In this document: in pieces, positions 48,790-60,039 of the stretch
Position numbering within the stretch: position 1 is the first letter of the stretch
Layout: each line of letters starts with the position of its first letter
Source of the DNA: Heptranchias perlo
Lineage: Eukaryota
NCBI RefSeq assembly: GCF_035084215.1
Contig: NW_027138256.1
Coordinates: 1 to 63,889, forward strand
Length of the DNA stretch: 63,889 nucleotides
Direction: 5' to 3'
Translations under genes and position numbers: made by a program
The notes under the pieces: generated by a model
Database searches by the model: none
What the model was told of the DNA's origin: nothing
The model's input: only the letters and a program-made list of their open reading frames with translations

Positions 48790-51355
48790 AGGGGGGGGGG
48801 GGGGTGTAAGGTAGAGAGAGAGAGAGAGAGAGAGGGCATGGGGGGGAAAGGAGGAGAGAGAGAGGGCGAGGGGGGCGTAAGGGAGAGAGAGAGGGCGTGG
48901 GGGGGGGGCGTAAGGGGGGAAAGAGAGGCAAGGGAGGTGTAAGGGGGGAGAGGGACGAGGTGGTTGTAAAGGGGGAGAGAGAGGGGCGAGGGGGTGTAAG
49001 GGAGAGAGGGGCGAGGGGGTGTAAGGGAGGGAGAGGGGCGAGGGGGGTGTAAGGGGGAAGAGAGGGGGGTGTAAGGGGGAAGAGAGAGGGGTGAGGGGGG
49101 TGTAAGGGGGAGAGAGAGGGGCGAGGGGCGAGGGGGGTGTAAGGGGGAGAGAGAGGGGCGAGGGGGGTGTAAGGGGGAGAGAGAGGGGCGAGGGGTGAGG
49201 GGGGTGTAAGGGGGAGAGAGAGGGGCGAGGGGGGTGTAAGGGGGAGAGAGAGGGGCGAGGGGGGTGTAAGGGGGAGAGAGAGGGGCGAGGGGGTGTAAGG
49301 GGGAGAGAGAGGGGCGAGGGGCGAGGGGGGTGTAAGGGGGAGAGAGAGGGGCGAGGGGGGTGTAAGGGGGAGAGAGAGGGGCGAGGGGGGTGTAAGGGGG
49401 AGAGAGAGAGGTGCGAGGGGGGTGTAAGGGGGAGAGAGAGAGGGGCGAGGGGGGTGTAAGGGGGAGAGAGAGAGGTGCGAGGGGGGTGTAAGGGGGAGAG
49501 AGAGAGAGGGGCGAGGGGGGTGTAAGGGGGAGAGAGAGAGGGGCGAGGGGGGTGTAAGGGGGAGAGAGAGAGAGGGGCGAGGGGGGTGTAAGGGGGAGAG
49601 AGAGAGGGGCGAGGGGGGTGTAAGGGGGAGAGAGAGAGGGGCGAGGGGGGTGTAAGGGGGAGAGAGAGAGGGGCGAGGGGGGTGTAAGGGGGAGAGAGAG
49701 AGGGGCGAGGGGGGTGTAAGGGGGACAGAGAGAGGTGCGAGGGGGGTGTAAGGGGGAGAGAGAGAGGTGCGAGGGGGGTGTAAGGGGGAGAGAGAGAGAG
49801 GCGAGGGGGGTGTAAGGGGAAGAGAGAGGGGCAAGGGGTGTGTAAGGGGGAGAGAGAGGGGCGAGGGGGGTGTAAGGGGGAGAGAGAGGGGCGAGGGGGG
49901 TGTAAGGGGGAGAGAGAGAGGGGCGAGGGGGGTGTAAGGGGGAGAGAGAGAGGTGCGAGGGGGGTGTAAGGGGGAGAGAGAGAGAGGCGAGGGGGTGTAA
50001 GGGGAAGAGAGAGGGGCGAGGGGGGTGTAAGGGGGAGAGAGAGGGGCGAGGGGGGTGTAAGGGGGAGAGAGAGAGGGGCGAGGGGGGTGTAAGGGGGAGA
50101 GAGAGAGGGGCGAGGGGGGTGTAAGGGGGAGAGAGAGAGGTGCGAGGGGGGTGTAAGGGGAAGAGAGAGAGGTGCGAGGGGGGTGTAAGGGGGAGAGAGA
50201 GGGGCGAGGGGGGTGTAAGGGGGAGAGAGAGGGGCGAGGGGGGTGTAAGGGGGAGAGAGAGGGGCGAGGGGGGTGTAAGGGGGAGAGAGAGGGGCGAGGG
50301 GGGTGTAAGGGGGGGAGAGAGGGGCGAGGGGGGTGTAAGGGGGAGAGAGAGGGGCGAGGGGGGTGTAAGGGGGAGAGAGAGGGGCGAGGGGGGTGTAAGG
50401 GGGGGAGAGAGAGGGGCGAGGGGGGTGTAAGGGGGAGAGAGAGAGGGGCGAGGGGGGTGTAAGGGGGAGAGAGAGAGGGGCGAGGGGGGTGTAAGGGGGA
50501 GAGAGAGAGGGGCGAGGGGGGTGTAAGGGGGAGAGAGAGAGGGGCGAGGAGGGTGTAAGGGGGAGAGAGGGGCGAGGGGGGTGTAAGGGGGAGAGAGAGG
50601 GGCGAGGGGGGTGTAAGGGGGGGAGAGAGAGGGGCGAGGGGGGTGTAAGGGGGAGAGAGAGGGGCGAGGGGGGTGTAAGGGGGAGAGAGAGAGGGGCGAG
50701 GGGGGTGTAAGGGGGAGAGAGAGAGGTGCGAGGGGGGTGTAAGGGGGAGAGAGAGAGGTGCGAGGGGGGTGTAAGGGGGAGAGAGAGAGAGGCGAGGGGG
50801 TGTAAGGGGAAGAGAGAGGGGCGAGGGGTGTGTAAGGGGGAGAGAGAGGGGCGAGGGGGGTGTAAGGGGGAGAGAGAGAGGGGCGAGGGGGGTGTAAGGG
50901 GGAGAGAGAGAGGGGCGAGGGGGGTGTAAGGGGGAGAGAGAGAGGGGCGAGGGGGGTGTAAGGGGGAGAGAGAGAGGGGCGAGGGGGGTGTAAGGGGGAG
51001 AGAGAGAGGGGCGAGGGGGGTGTAAGGGGGAGAGAGAGAGGGGCGAGGGGGGTGTAAGGGAGGGAGAGGGGCGAGGGGGGTGTAAGGGGGAGATAGAGAG
51101 GGGCGAGGGGGGTGTAAGGGGGAGAGAGAGAGAGGGGCGAGGGGGGTGTAAGGGAGGGAGAGGGGCGAGGGAGGTGTAAGGGGGAGATAGAGAGGGGCGA
51201 GGGGGGTGTAAGGGGGAGAGAGAGAGAGGGGCGAGGGGGGTGTAAGGGGGAGAGAGAGAGAGGGGCGAGGGGGGTGTAAGGGGGAGAGAGAGAGAGGGGC
51301 GAGGGGGGTGTAAGGGGGGGAGAGAGAGGGGCGAGGGGGGTGTAAGGGGGGGAGA
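48790..51355. repeat. ~30-36-bp G-rich minisatellite (GGCGAGGGGGGTGTAAGGGG(GA)n)
   Basis: Read directly. Confidence 0.94.
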
Positions 51356-52117
51356 GGAGCGTGGGGGGAGAGGGACCTGGGAGCTATGGGATATGGGGGG
51401 AGTGGGAAAGAGAGGCGAGGGGGTACGTGGGGTGGGACGGTGGGGGGGCTGGAGAAGAGGGATGACGGGGCGGGGTGGGGGGGGGGGGGGGTGAGGAGAT
51501 CTGATTCCAAAATGGCGCCCCCCCCCGCCGCGGCAGCAGCCGCCGGCCGTCAACGCCAAACGGGTGTTTGAGACGAGAGACTCGATGAGACGGAACGCTC
51601 GCTACGGGGGAAAAAAAAAAAAACAGAAAACACAAAGCAGCAGATCCTCGGCCCCGGCGTCCGAGCCCACGGGCGCTCCTCTCCCGTTGGGACGCGGCGG
51701 GGACCGCCTCGGGATCAGTCGAAGGCGTCGTCGCAGCAACGGACGAGGGTGTGCCTCCTCCCCCTCCCCCTCCTCCCCCTCCCCCTCCTCCTCCTCACTC
51801 CGGCGTGAAGGGAGGCCCCTCACGAGTTCGCACGAGTCTGGCCTCTGGTCGTCCATCGCCGTGCGAGCCGGGGTCCAGTTGATTATTTATATATATATTG
51901 GCCCTGCCCTCTCTCTCCCCCCTCCCCGAACGCACCCACCCCCCTTCCCCCCCCCTCCGCAAAATAGATTACAAAAGACAATCGCGGTTTTTCCGAAAGT
52001 CGTGTCGCCTGGGAGAGGAGGCCGAACAGGCTCGCCCTTTGACCCCCGCCCGCCCGCCCCGTGACCGACAAGGCGTAAGCTCGGGCCTGTGCGTCCTCCC
52101 CCGCCTCCGCCTCCGCC

Positions 52118-52281
52118 TCACGCCACCGTGCCGTTGAAAGCGCTGCTCTCCTGGGCCGTCTCCTGCTCCTCCGGGGAGTCGCAGACGGGGGACGCCATCT
52201 CTTGCAGCTCCTGGTCCTTCTGCACCGTCTCCTGCGGGTAGACCACCAGGCACAGCTTCTGGCCGAAGTAGGTGACGCTGT
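52118..52281 (-). CDS. SLC7A8: SLC7A8 (LAT2) last coding exon (DSVTYFGQKLCLVVYPQETVQKDQELQEMASP...NGTVA*)
   Basis: CT tract plus CAG acceptor at 52284-52282, phase 1, TGA at 52120-52118. QKLCLVVYP resembles human QKMCVVVYP. Confidence 0.88.
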
Positions 52282-52419
52282 CTGAGAAGAGGCGAGAGAG
52301 AGAGAGAGAGAGGGGGAGGGAGGGAGAGGGGGTGAGACACGTGTTTTGTCACCTCCGGACTCGACTGTCCCGACGCTCTCCTGGCCGGCCTCCCATTCTC
52401 CGCCCTCCGTAAGCTCGCA

Positions 52420-53160
52420 CGGAGTCCACAGCACAGAAACAGGCCATTCGGCCCGACTGCTCCGTGCTGGTGTTTGTGCTCCGCACGAGCTTCCTCCCTC
52501 CCGACTCCATCTCACCCTCTCAGCATCTCCTTCGATTCCTTTCTCCCTCATGTGTTTATCGAGCTTCCCCTTAAATCAATCTCCACTATTCACCTCGACT
52601 GCTCCTTGTGGGAGCGAGTTCCACATTCTCACCGCTCTCTGGGGAAAGAAGTTTCTCCTGAATTCCCTATTGGATTTATTAGTGACTATCTTATATTGAT
52701 GTCCCTCTAGTTCTGGTCTCCCCCCACAAGGGGAAACATGTTCTCTACGTCTACCCTGTCGAACCCTTTCATGATCTTAAAGACCTCGATCAGGTCACCC
52801 CCTCAGTCTTCTCTATTCGAGAGAAAAGAGCCCCAGTCTGTTCAGCCTTTCCTGATAGTTATAACCTCTCAGTTCTGGGATCATCTTTGTGAGTCTTTCT
52901 TGCACCTTCTCCAGTGCCTCTATATCCTTTTTATAATACGGAGACCAGAACTGTTCACAATACTCCAAGTGTGGTCTAACCAAGGTTCTATACAAGTTTA
53001 ACATAACTTCTCTGCTTTTCAATTCTATCCCTCTAGAAATGAACCCCAGTGCTTGGTTTGCTTTTTATGACCTTATTAACCTGCGTCACTACTTTTAGTG
53101 ATTTGTGTATCTGTACCCCCAGATCCCTCTGCTCCTCTCCCCATTTAGACTCTTATTTTT
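52420..53160 (-). mobile_element. CR1 3' fragment
   Basis: Translates to [40 protein letters not shown], followed by a CR1 tail. Confidence 0.9.
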
Positions 53161-53670
53161 GAGCTCATCCAAAACTCTGCTGCCCCCCGTATCCTAACTC
53201 ACACCGAGTCCCGTTCACCCATCACCCCCCTGTGCTCGCTGGACCGACATCGGCTCCCGGTCCGGGAACGCCTCGATTTTAAAATTCTCATCCCTGTGTT
53301 CAAATCCCTCGCCCTCGCCTCCCTCCCTATCTCTGGAACCTCCTCCAGCCCTCCAACCCTCCCAGATCTCTGCGCTCCTCCAATTCAGGCCTCTTGCCCA
53401 TCCCCGATTTTAATCGCTCCACCATTGGCGGCCGTGCCTTCAGCTGCCTGGACCCCGAGCTCTGGAATTCCCTCCCTAAACCTCTCCGCCTCTCTCTCCT
53501 CCTTTAAGACGCTCCTTAAAACCTTCCTCTTTGACCAAGCTTTTGGTCACCTGTCCTAATATCTCCTGATGTGTCTCTGGGTCAAATTTTGTCTGATGAT
53601 CGCTCCTGAGAAGCGCCATGGGGGCGTTTTACTACGTTAAAGGAGCTGTATAAATTCAATTTGTTGTTGA
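53161..53670 (+). mobile_element. L2-type LINE 3' end
   Basis: Decayed (L)IQNSAA..., PITP, FKILIPVFKSL and SFKTLLKTFLF; tail ends TATAAAT...TTGTTGTTG. Confidence 0.75.
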
Positions 53671-53681
53671 GGGAGGGGGAT

Positions 53682-54694
53682 TGAGAGACACCAGTCAGTC
53701 TACAGATATCTCCCTGAGAGAGAGGGACTGAGAGACACCAGTCAGTGTACAGATATCACCCTGAGAGAGAGGGACTGAGAGACACCAGTCAGTGCACAGA
53801 TATCACCCTGAGAGAGAGGGACTGAGAGACACCAGTCAGTGTACAGATATCACCCTGAGGGAGAGGGACTGAGAGACACCAGTCAGTGTACAGATATCAC
53901 CCTGAGGGAGAGGGACTGAGAGACACCAGTCAGTGTACAGATATCACCCTGAGGGAGAGGGACTGAGAGACACCAGTCAGTGTACAGATATCACCCTGAG
54001 AGAGGGACTGAGAGACACCAGTCAGTGTACAGATATCACCCTGAGAGAGAGGGACTGAGAGACACCAGTCAGTGTACAGATATCACCCTGAGAGAGAGGG
54101 ACTGAGAGACACCAGTCAGTGTACAGATATCACCCTGAGAGAGAGGGACTGAGAGACACCAGTCAGTGTACAGATATCACCCTGAGAGAGAGGGACTGAG
54201 AGACACCAGTCAGTGTACAGATATCACCCTGAGAGAGAGGGACTGAGAGACACCAGTCAGTGTACAGATATCACCCTGAGAGAGAGGGACTGAGAGACAC
54301 CAGTCAGTGTACAGATATCACCCTGAGGGAGAGGGACTGAGAGACACCAGTCAGTGTACGGATATCACCCTGAGAGAGAGGGACTGAGAGACACCAGTCA
54401 GTGTACAGATATCACCCTGAGAGAGAGGGACTGAGAGACACCAGTCAGTGTACAGATATCACCCTGAGAGAGAGGGACTGAGAGACACCAGTCAGTGTAC
54501 AGATATCACCCTGAGGGAGAGGGACTGAGAGACACCAGTCAGTGTACAGATATCACCCTGAGAGAGAGGGACTGAGAGACACCAGTCAGTGTACGGATAT
54601 CACCCTGAGAGAGAGGGACTGAGAGACACCAGTCAGTGTACAGATATCACCCTGAGAGAGAGGGACTGAGAGACACCAGTCAGTGTACGGATAT
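53682..54694. repeat. 47-bp minisatellite (GAGAGACACCAGTCAGTGTACAGATATCACCCTGAGAGAGAGGGACT), ~21 copies
   Basis: A period of 47 is read directly. Confidence 0.95.
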
Positions 54695-54726
54695 ATTGTG
54701 AAACATTGGTCCTTTCCTTCCAGTGT

Positions 54727-55695
54727 GTCAGCCGAGCCTCAGTGGGGTCTCACTCTCTCTGAGTCAGAAGGTCGTGGGTTCGAGTCCCCACTCCAGAGAC
54801 TCGAGCCCCATAATCCAGGGCCGACACTCCCCCGGTGCCTGTACTGAGGGAGCGCCGCACTGTCGGAGGGTCGGTACTGAGGGAGCGCCGCACTGTCGGA
54901 GGGTCGGTACTGAGGGAGCGCCGCACTGTCGGAGGGTCAGTACTGAGGGAGCGCCGCACTGTCGGCGGGTCGGTACTGAGGGAGCGCCGCACTGTCGGAG
55001 GGTCGGTACTGAGGGAGCGCCGCACTGTCGGAGGGTCGGTACTGAGGGAGCGCCGCACTGTCGGAGGGTCAGTACTGAGGGAGCGCCGCACTGTCGGAGG
55101 GTCGGTACTGAGGGAGCGCCGCACTGTCGGAGGGTCGGTACTGAGGGAGCGCCGCACTGTCGGAGGGTCAGTACTGAGGGAGCGCCGCACTGTCGGAGGG
55201 TCGGTACTGAGGGAGCGCCGCACTGTCGGAGGGTCGGTACTGAGGGAGCGCCGCACTGTTGGAGGGGCGGTACTGAGGGAGCGCCGCACTGTCGGAGGGT
55301 CGGTACCGAGGGAGCGCCGCACTGTCGGAGGGTCAGTACTGAGGGAGCGCCGCACTGTCGGAGGTGCCGTCTTTCGGATGAGACGTTAAACCGAGGGCCC
55401 CGTCTGCCCCTCTCAAGTGGACGTAAAAGATCCCACGGCCACTATTTCGAAGACGAGCAGAGTTCTCCACGGAGTCCAGGGGCCGATATTTATCCCTCGA
55501 CCAACATCACTAAAAAACAGATGACCCGGTCACTTATCACATTGCTGTTGGTGGGATCTTGCTGTGCGCAAATCGGCTGCTGCGTCTCCCTAAATTAACA
55601 AGACTTCAGAAAGAGTACTGTGTTGTCTGTGAAGCGGTTCGGGACGTCCTGAGGTGGTGAAAGGCGGCTGTGCGGAGATGGGAGTCCTTCTTTCC
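54727..55695 (+). mobile_element. Deu-type SINE with internal 33-bp array (~54840-55365, ~16 copies)
   Basis: A-box-like CCTCAGTGG, B box GGTTCGAGTCC, array, body, core and tail. Confidence 0.88.
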
Positions 55696-55867
55696 TCCAG
55701 CTTGGGTTGTCAAGGGCGCCATTTTGTTTTCTTCTATGCCGGGTGGTCAGGGGCGCTAAAGGTCAGAGGGTCAAAAGGTCAGAGGGTAGGGACGAAAGCT
55801 AACCGTCAGAGGTCGCACGGGTCACGGCGGCGGGCGGGCGGGCGGGAGAGGGACGGAGTTCGCTCAC

Positions 55868-56045
55868 CCACAAAGTTCTCGAAACACTGGGGCTTGTTCT
55901 GCCAGTGGACGCCCAGGAAGTAGACGGGGACGCCGGTCAGCATGATGGCCAGCCCGATGCCGCAGACCACCGGCTCTGACCACAGGCTGAAGATGAGCAG
56001 GAAGGCCCAGAACAGGAGGTAGACGACGGGGAATATCAGGTGCAC
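55868..56045 (-). CDS. SLC7A8: SLC7A8 penultimate exon ([59 protein letters not shown])
   Basis: CAG acceptor, GTGAGC donor, 178 bp, phase 0/1. Nearly identical to recalled LAT2 TM11-12. Confidence 0.94.
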
Positions 56046-56654
56046 CTGCAGTGCCAGAGGGAAAGAGAAGGATCAGAGTCAGTGGGGGGGGGGAGGGGAA
56101 ACGGGAAGAAATCGGTTTTAAAAGAAAAAATATGTAACACAACTGCCGAGGGAGTCAAAGTTCGATGCGTTTGGTGAGCCGATATTATCTCCGCTTGGCG
56201 TTCCAGGGATTTTAGTGCTGGTGATTAGCAGGGACGCCCGTTGTAAAAACCCAAAAGGTCATTGCGTTGGCGAATAAAAAATCGGTTGGTGTCAGCGACT
56301 TTGTGTTCTTGACTTAAGTGTTCTCCATTACACCCTTCGACCTCTGCCGGCGGGGAGGTTCAGGGAGGGGTTTCCAGGGAGCTGAGGGCACGGCCGCCAA
56401 TGGTGGGGCTCCGACCTTTCACCCTCTGGGGTCAAATCCAGCCCCAAACAGAGGGGGTGAAGGTCTCTCTCTCTCTGTCTGATGGGGGACTGGGTGAGGT
56501 CAGGGGGCGTCAAACACTGACCTTTCACCCTCTGGGGGCCTGGGGGCGCAGAGTTCAGCCAGCCCTGAGTCTGTCTGGGACCCTCACTCCGCAAATTTAG
56601 GAGCAGGAGGTTGGGGGGGGGGGGGGGCCGTTCGGCCCCTCGGAGCCTGTGACA

Positions 56655-57090
56655 CAGGAACAGGAGGAGGCCGTTCAGCCCCTCGGGCCTGTCCTGTCGT
56701 TCAATCAGATCATGGCTGATCTGGACCTCAACCCCCATCAAATCCTTTAACCATCTCAAACGCCTCGATCAGATCACCCCTTAATCTTCGATATTCGAGG
56801 GATTACGAGCCTGGCCTCGTAATTTAACCCTTTCAGCCCCGGTCAATCTGCCCCGCACCCCCTCCAAGGGCCAACATCTCCTTCCTGAGGCGCGGTGCCC
56901 AGAACTGAACACCGTGCTCCAGATGGGGTCTAACCAGAGCTCTGTCCATAACTTCCACCCCTTTGTATTCCAGCCCTCTTTGAGACAAAGGCCAACAGTT
57001 CTTTGAGCCTTATAAATAACGTTTTGTACCTGCCCGCTGGCTTTAAGTGATTTCTGTACCCAGACCCCTAAATCTCTCTGCTGGACCCCC
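56655..57090 (-). mobile_element. Decayed CR1 3' fragment
   Basis: Translates to GVQQRDLGVWVQKSLKASGQV, with a CR1-type tail. Confidence 0.82.
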
Positions 57091-57449
57091 ATCGATAGTT
57101 AACGTGAGAATGGGCTTCCACCTCTGCTGTCTCCTCAGTCGTGGTTCTGTTGCCGGGGGCGATCGGGAAGGGAGGGGGGGGGGCGGGGAGGGGTCCAGAG
57201 TTCATCTCTCTATTAGTCTTGTTATCAGATATTTCTGCCTGACTATTGCAATCAGCTCTAATAACTCAGTCAATCTTCGAACGTCAGCATCTTCCCGACC
57301 CGCTGTCTTATCAGCGTTTACAGAGGGCCCCGGACGCCTCTCCCTCAGCAGGCCCTCAGCCTCCTCCTCCCTCCTCCTCCTCCTCTTCCTTTCCCAATTA
57401 ACCCCTTCAGCTCTGTCTCGCAGGCCTCTCGTGCGAGGAGGAGTTCGCC

Positions 57450-58335
57450 TTCTCGGACGGTCTCACCCTCGCCCTGAGTCAGGAGGTTCGTGGGTTCGAG
57501 TCCCCCCCCTCCGGAGACTCCAGCCCCGTGATCCAGGGGGGCCGACACTCCCCCGGTGCCGGTGCCGAGGGAGCGCCGCGCTGTCGGAGGGGCGGTGCCG
57601 AGGGAGCGCCGCGCTGTCGGAGGGGCGGTGCCGAGGGAGCGCCGCGCTGTCGGAGGGGCGGTGCCGAGGGAGCGCCGCGCTGTCGGAGGGGCGGTGCCGA
57701 GGGAGCGCCGCGCTGTCGGAGGGGCGGTGCCGAGGGAGCGCCGCGCTGTCGGAGGGGCGGTGCCGAGGGAGCGCCGCGCTGTCGGAGGGGCGGTGCCGAG
57801 GGAGCGCCGCGCTGTCGGAGGGTCGGTGCCGAGGGAGCGCCGCACTGTCGGAGGGTCGGTACCGAGGGAGCGCCGCGCTGTCGGAGGGGCGGTGCCGAGG
57901 GAGCGCCGCACTGTCGGAGGGGCGGTGCCGAGGGAGCGCCGCGGTGCCGAGGGAGCGCCGCGCTGTCGGAGGGGCGGTACCGAGGGAGCGCCGCACTGTC
58001 GGAGGGGCCGTCTTTCGCATGAGACGTTAAACCGAGGGCCCCGTCTGCCCCTCTCAGTTGGGATGTAAAAGATCCCACGGCCACTATTGGAAGAAGAGCA
58101 GTGGGGGGAGTTCTCTCTGATATTTATCCCTCAACCAACATCACTAAAAAACAGATGATCTGGTCATTTATCACGTTGCTGTTTGTGGGATCTTGCTGTG
58201 CGCAAATTGGCTGCTGCGTTTCCCACATCACAACAGCGACTACACCTCAAACAAAAAGGTCCTCATTGGCCGTAGGGGGCTTTGGGACGTCCTGAGGTGG
58301 TGAGAGGCCCTGGAGAAATATGAGTCTTTCTTTTC
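57450..58335 (+). mobile_element. Deu-type SINE with GC-shifted internal 33-bp array (~57561-58006, ~13 copies)
   Basis: B box GGTTCGAGTCC, array, body, core and tail. Confidence 0.88.
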
Positions 58336-58374
58336 TACAGCTTCCACAGCCAATGAATCACTTTTTAAACTGCA

Positions 58375-59670
58375 TTGTTTTTATTCATTCTGGGACGTGG
58401 GCATCGCTGGCAAGGCCCTTTGCCCGTCTGCTAGTTGCCCCGAGAAGGTGGCGGTGAACAACCTTCTTCTTGAGCTGGTTTTGATACGACCGATTGGCGC
58501 CCTCTCGGCCGCTTCAGAGGGCAGGTAAGCATCGACCACGGAGGTGCGGGGCCCAAGACCGGGGTAAGGACGGCAGCTTTCCCTCCCTAAAGTGAACCGG
58601 TTGGGTTTTTATTTAATCCGACAGCTTCACACAGAATCATAGAAAGGTTACAGCACGCAAGGAGGCCATTCGGCCCATTGAATCCGTGCCGGCTCTCTGC
58701 AACAGCAATCCAGCTAGTCCCACTCCCCCGCCCTATCCCCGTAGCCCTGCAAATTTTTTCCTTTCAAGTACTTATCCAGTTCCCTTTTGAAGGCCATGAT
58801 TGAATCTGCCTCCACCACCCCCTCGGGCAGTGCATTCCAGATCACAACCACTCGCTGTGTAAAAAAGTTTTTCCTCATGTCACCTTTGGTTCACCTTAAA
58901 TCTACGTCCTCTGGTTCTTGACCCTTCCGCCAATGGGAACAGTTTCTCTCTATCTACTCTGTCTGGACCCTTCATGATTTTGAAAACCTCGATCAAATCT
59001 CCTCTCAACCTTCTCTGCTCTGAGGAGAACAATCCCGACTTCTCCAGTCTATCCACATAACTAAAAGTCCCTCATCCCTGGAATCATTCCAGTAAATCTC
59101 CTCTGCACCCTCTCTAAGGCCTTCACATCTTTCCTAAAGTGCGGTGCCCAGAACTGGACACAATACTCCAGTTGTGGCCGAACCAGTGTTTTATATAAAG
59201 GTTCATCATAACTTCCATACTTTTGTACTCTGTGCCTCTATTTATAAAGCCCAGGATCCCGTATGCTTTTTTAACCGCTTTCTCAACCTGCCCTGCCACC
59301 TTCAATGATTTGTGTACATAAACCCCCCGATCTCTCTGTTCCTGTACCCCTTTTAGAATTGTACCCTCGAGTTTATATTGCCTCTCCTCGTTCTTCCCAC
59401 CCAAATGTATCACTTTGCACTTCTCTGCGTTAAATTTCATCTGCCACGTGTCCGCCCATTTCACCAGCCTGTCTATATCCTCTTGAAGTCTATCACTATC
59501 CTCCTCACTGTTCACTACACTTCCAAGCTTTGTGTCATCTGCAAATTTTGAAATTGTGCCCGAGTCCAGATTATTAAAAAAAAACTGAATTCAAATTCTG
59601 GATAGAGCAGTGGTAGGATTGGAACTCATGGCCTCGGGGTTACCGGCCCAGTGACAAAGCCACTACGCTT
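58375..59670 (-). mobile_element. Second-family SINE (head ~59560-59670, body and tail ~58375-58630) split by a CR1 insertion
   Basis: Head AGCGTAGTGG...GAGTTCCAATCC on the - strand; tail homologous to the LINE tail at 43410-43510. Confidence 0.65.
58632..59560 (-). mobile_element. CR1 3' portion (RT FADD region through 3' tail)
   Basis: Translates to SKFADDTKL..NSEEDSDRLQEDIDRLVKWADTWQMKFNAEKC; tail ends TTCTATGATTCT. Confidence 0.92.
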
Positions 59671-60039
59671 TTGCAGGCAAAGATGGCGGCCGTTTTGTCC
59701 ACAGCAAGATCCCGCAAAACAAGGAGCGAGCTCAAGGGGCAGTGAATCTGTTGAGGGGTGATTGTGGGCCCAAGTCTGGGAGAGGAGGAATGGGGGGAGA
59801 GAGAGAGGGACGGAGAGAGACAGGGGGCAGGGGCGGGGAGAGAGAAGGACTGAGAGGGACAGGGAGAGGGGGGAGGGGAAGAGAAGGAGAGAGAGAAAGA
59901 GGAGAGAGAGAGGAGAGAGAGAGGGACAGGGAGAGGGGGGATTGGGAAAAGGGAGAGGAATAGAGAGAGCGAGAGAGGTGGGGGGGGGAGAGAGAGCACG
60001 GTGGGGGAGAGAGCGAGGAGCAAGAGGGTTGTTCGGCGG

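Noticed and set aside
54740-54800. tRNA-like A and B boxes
   Set aside because: These are SINE heads continuing into SINE body, not a complete tRNA cloverleaf.
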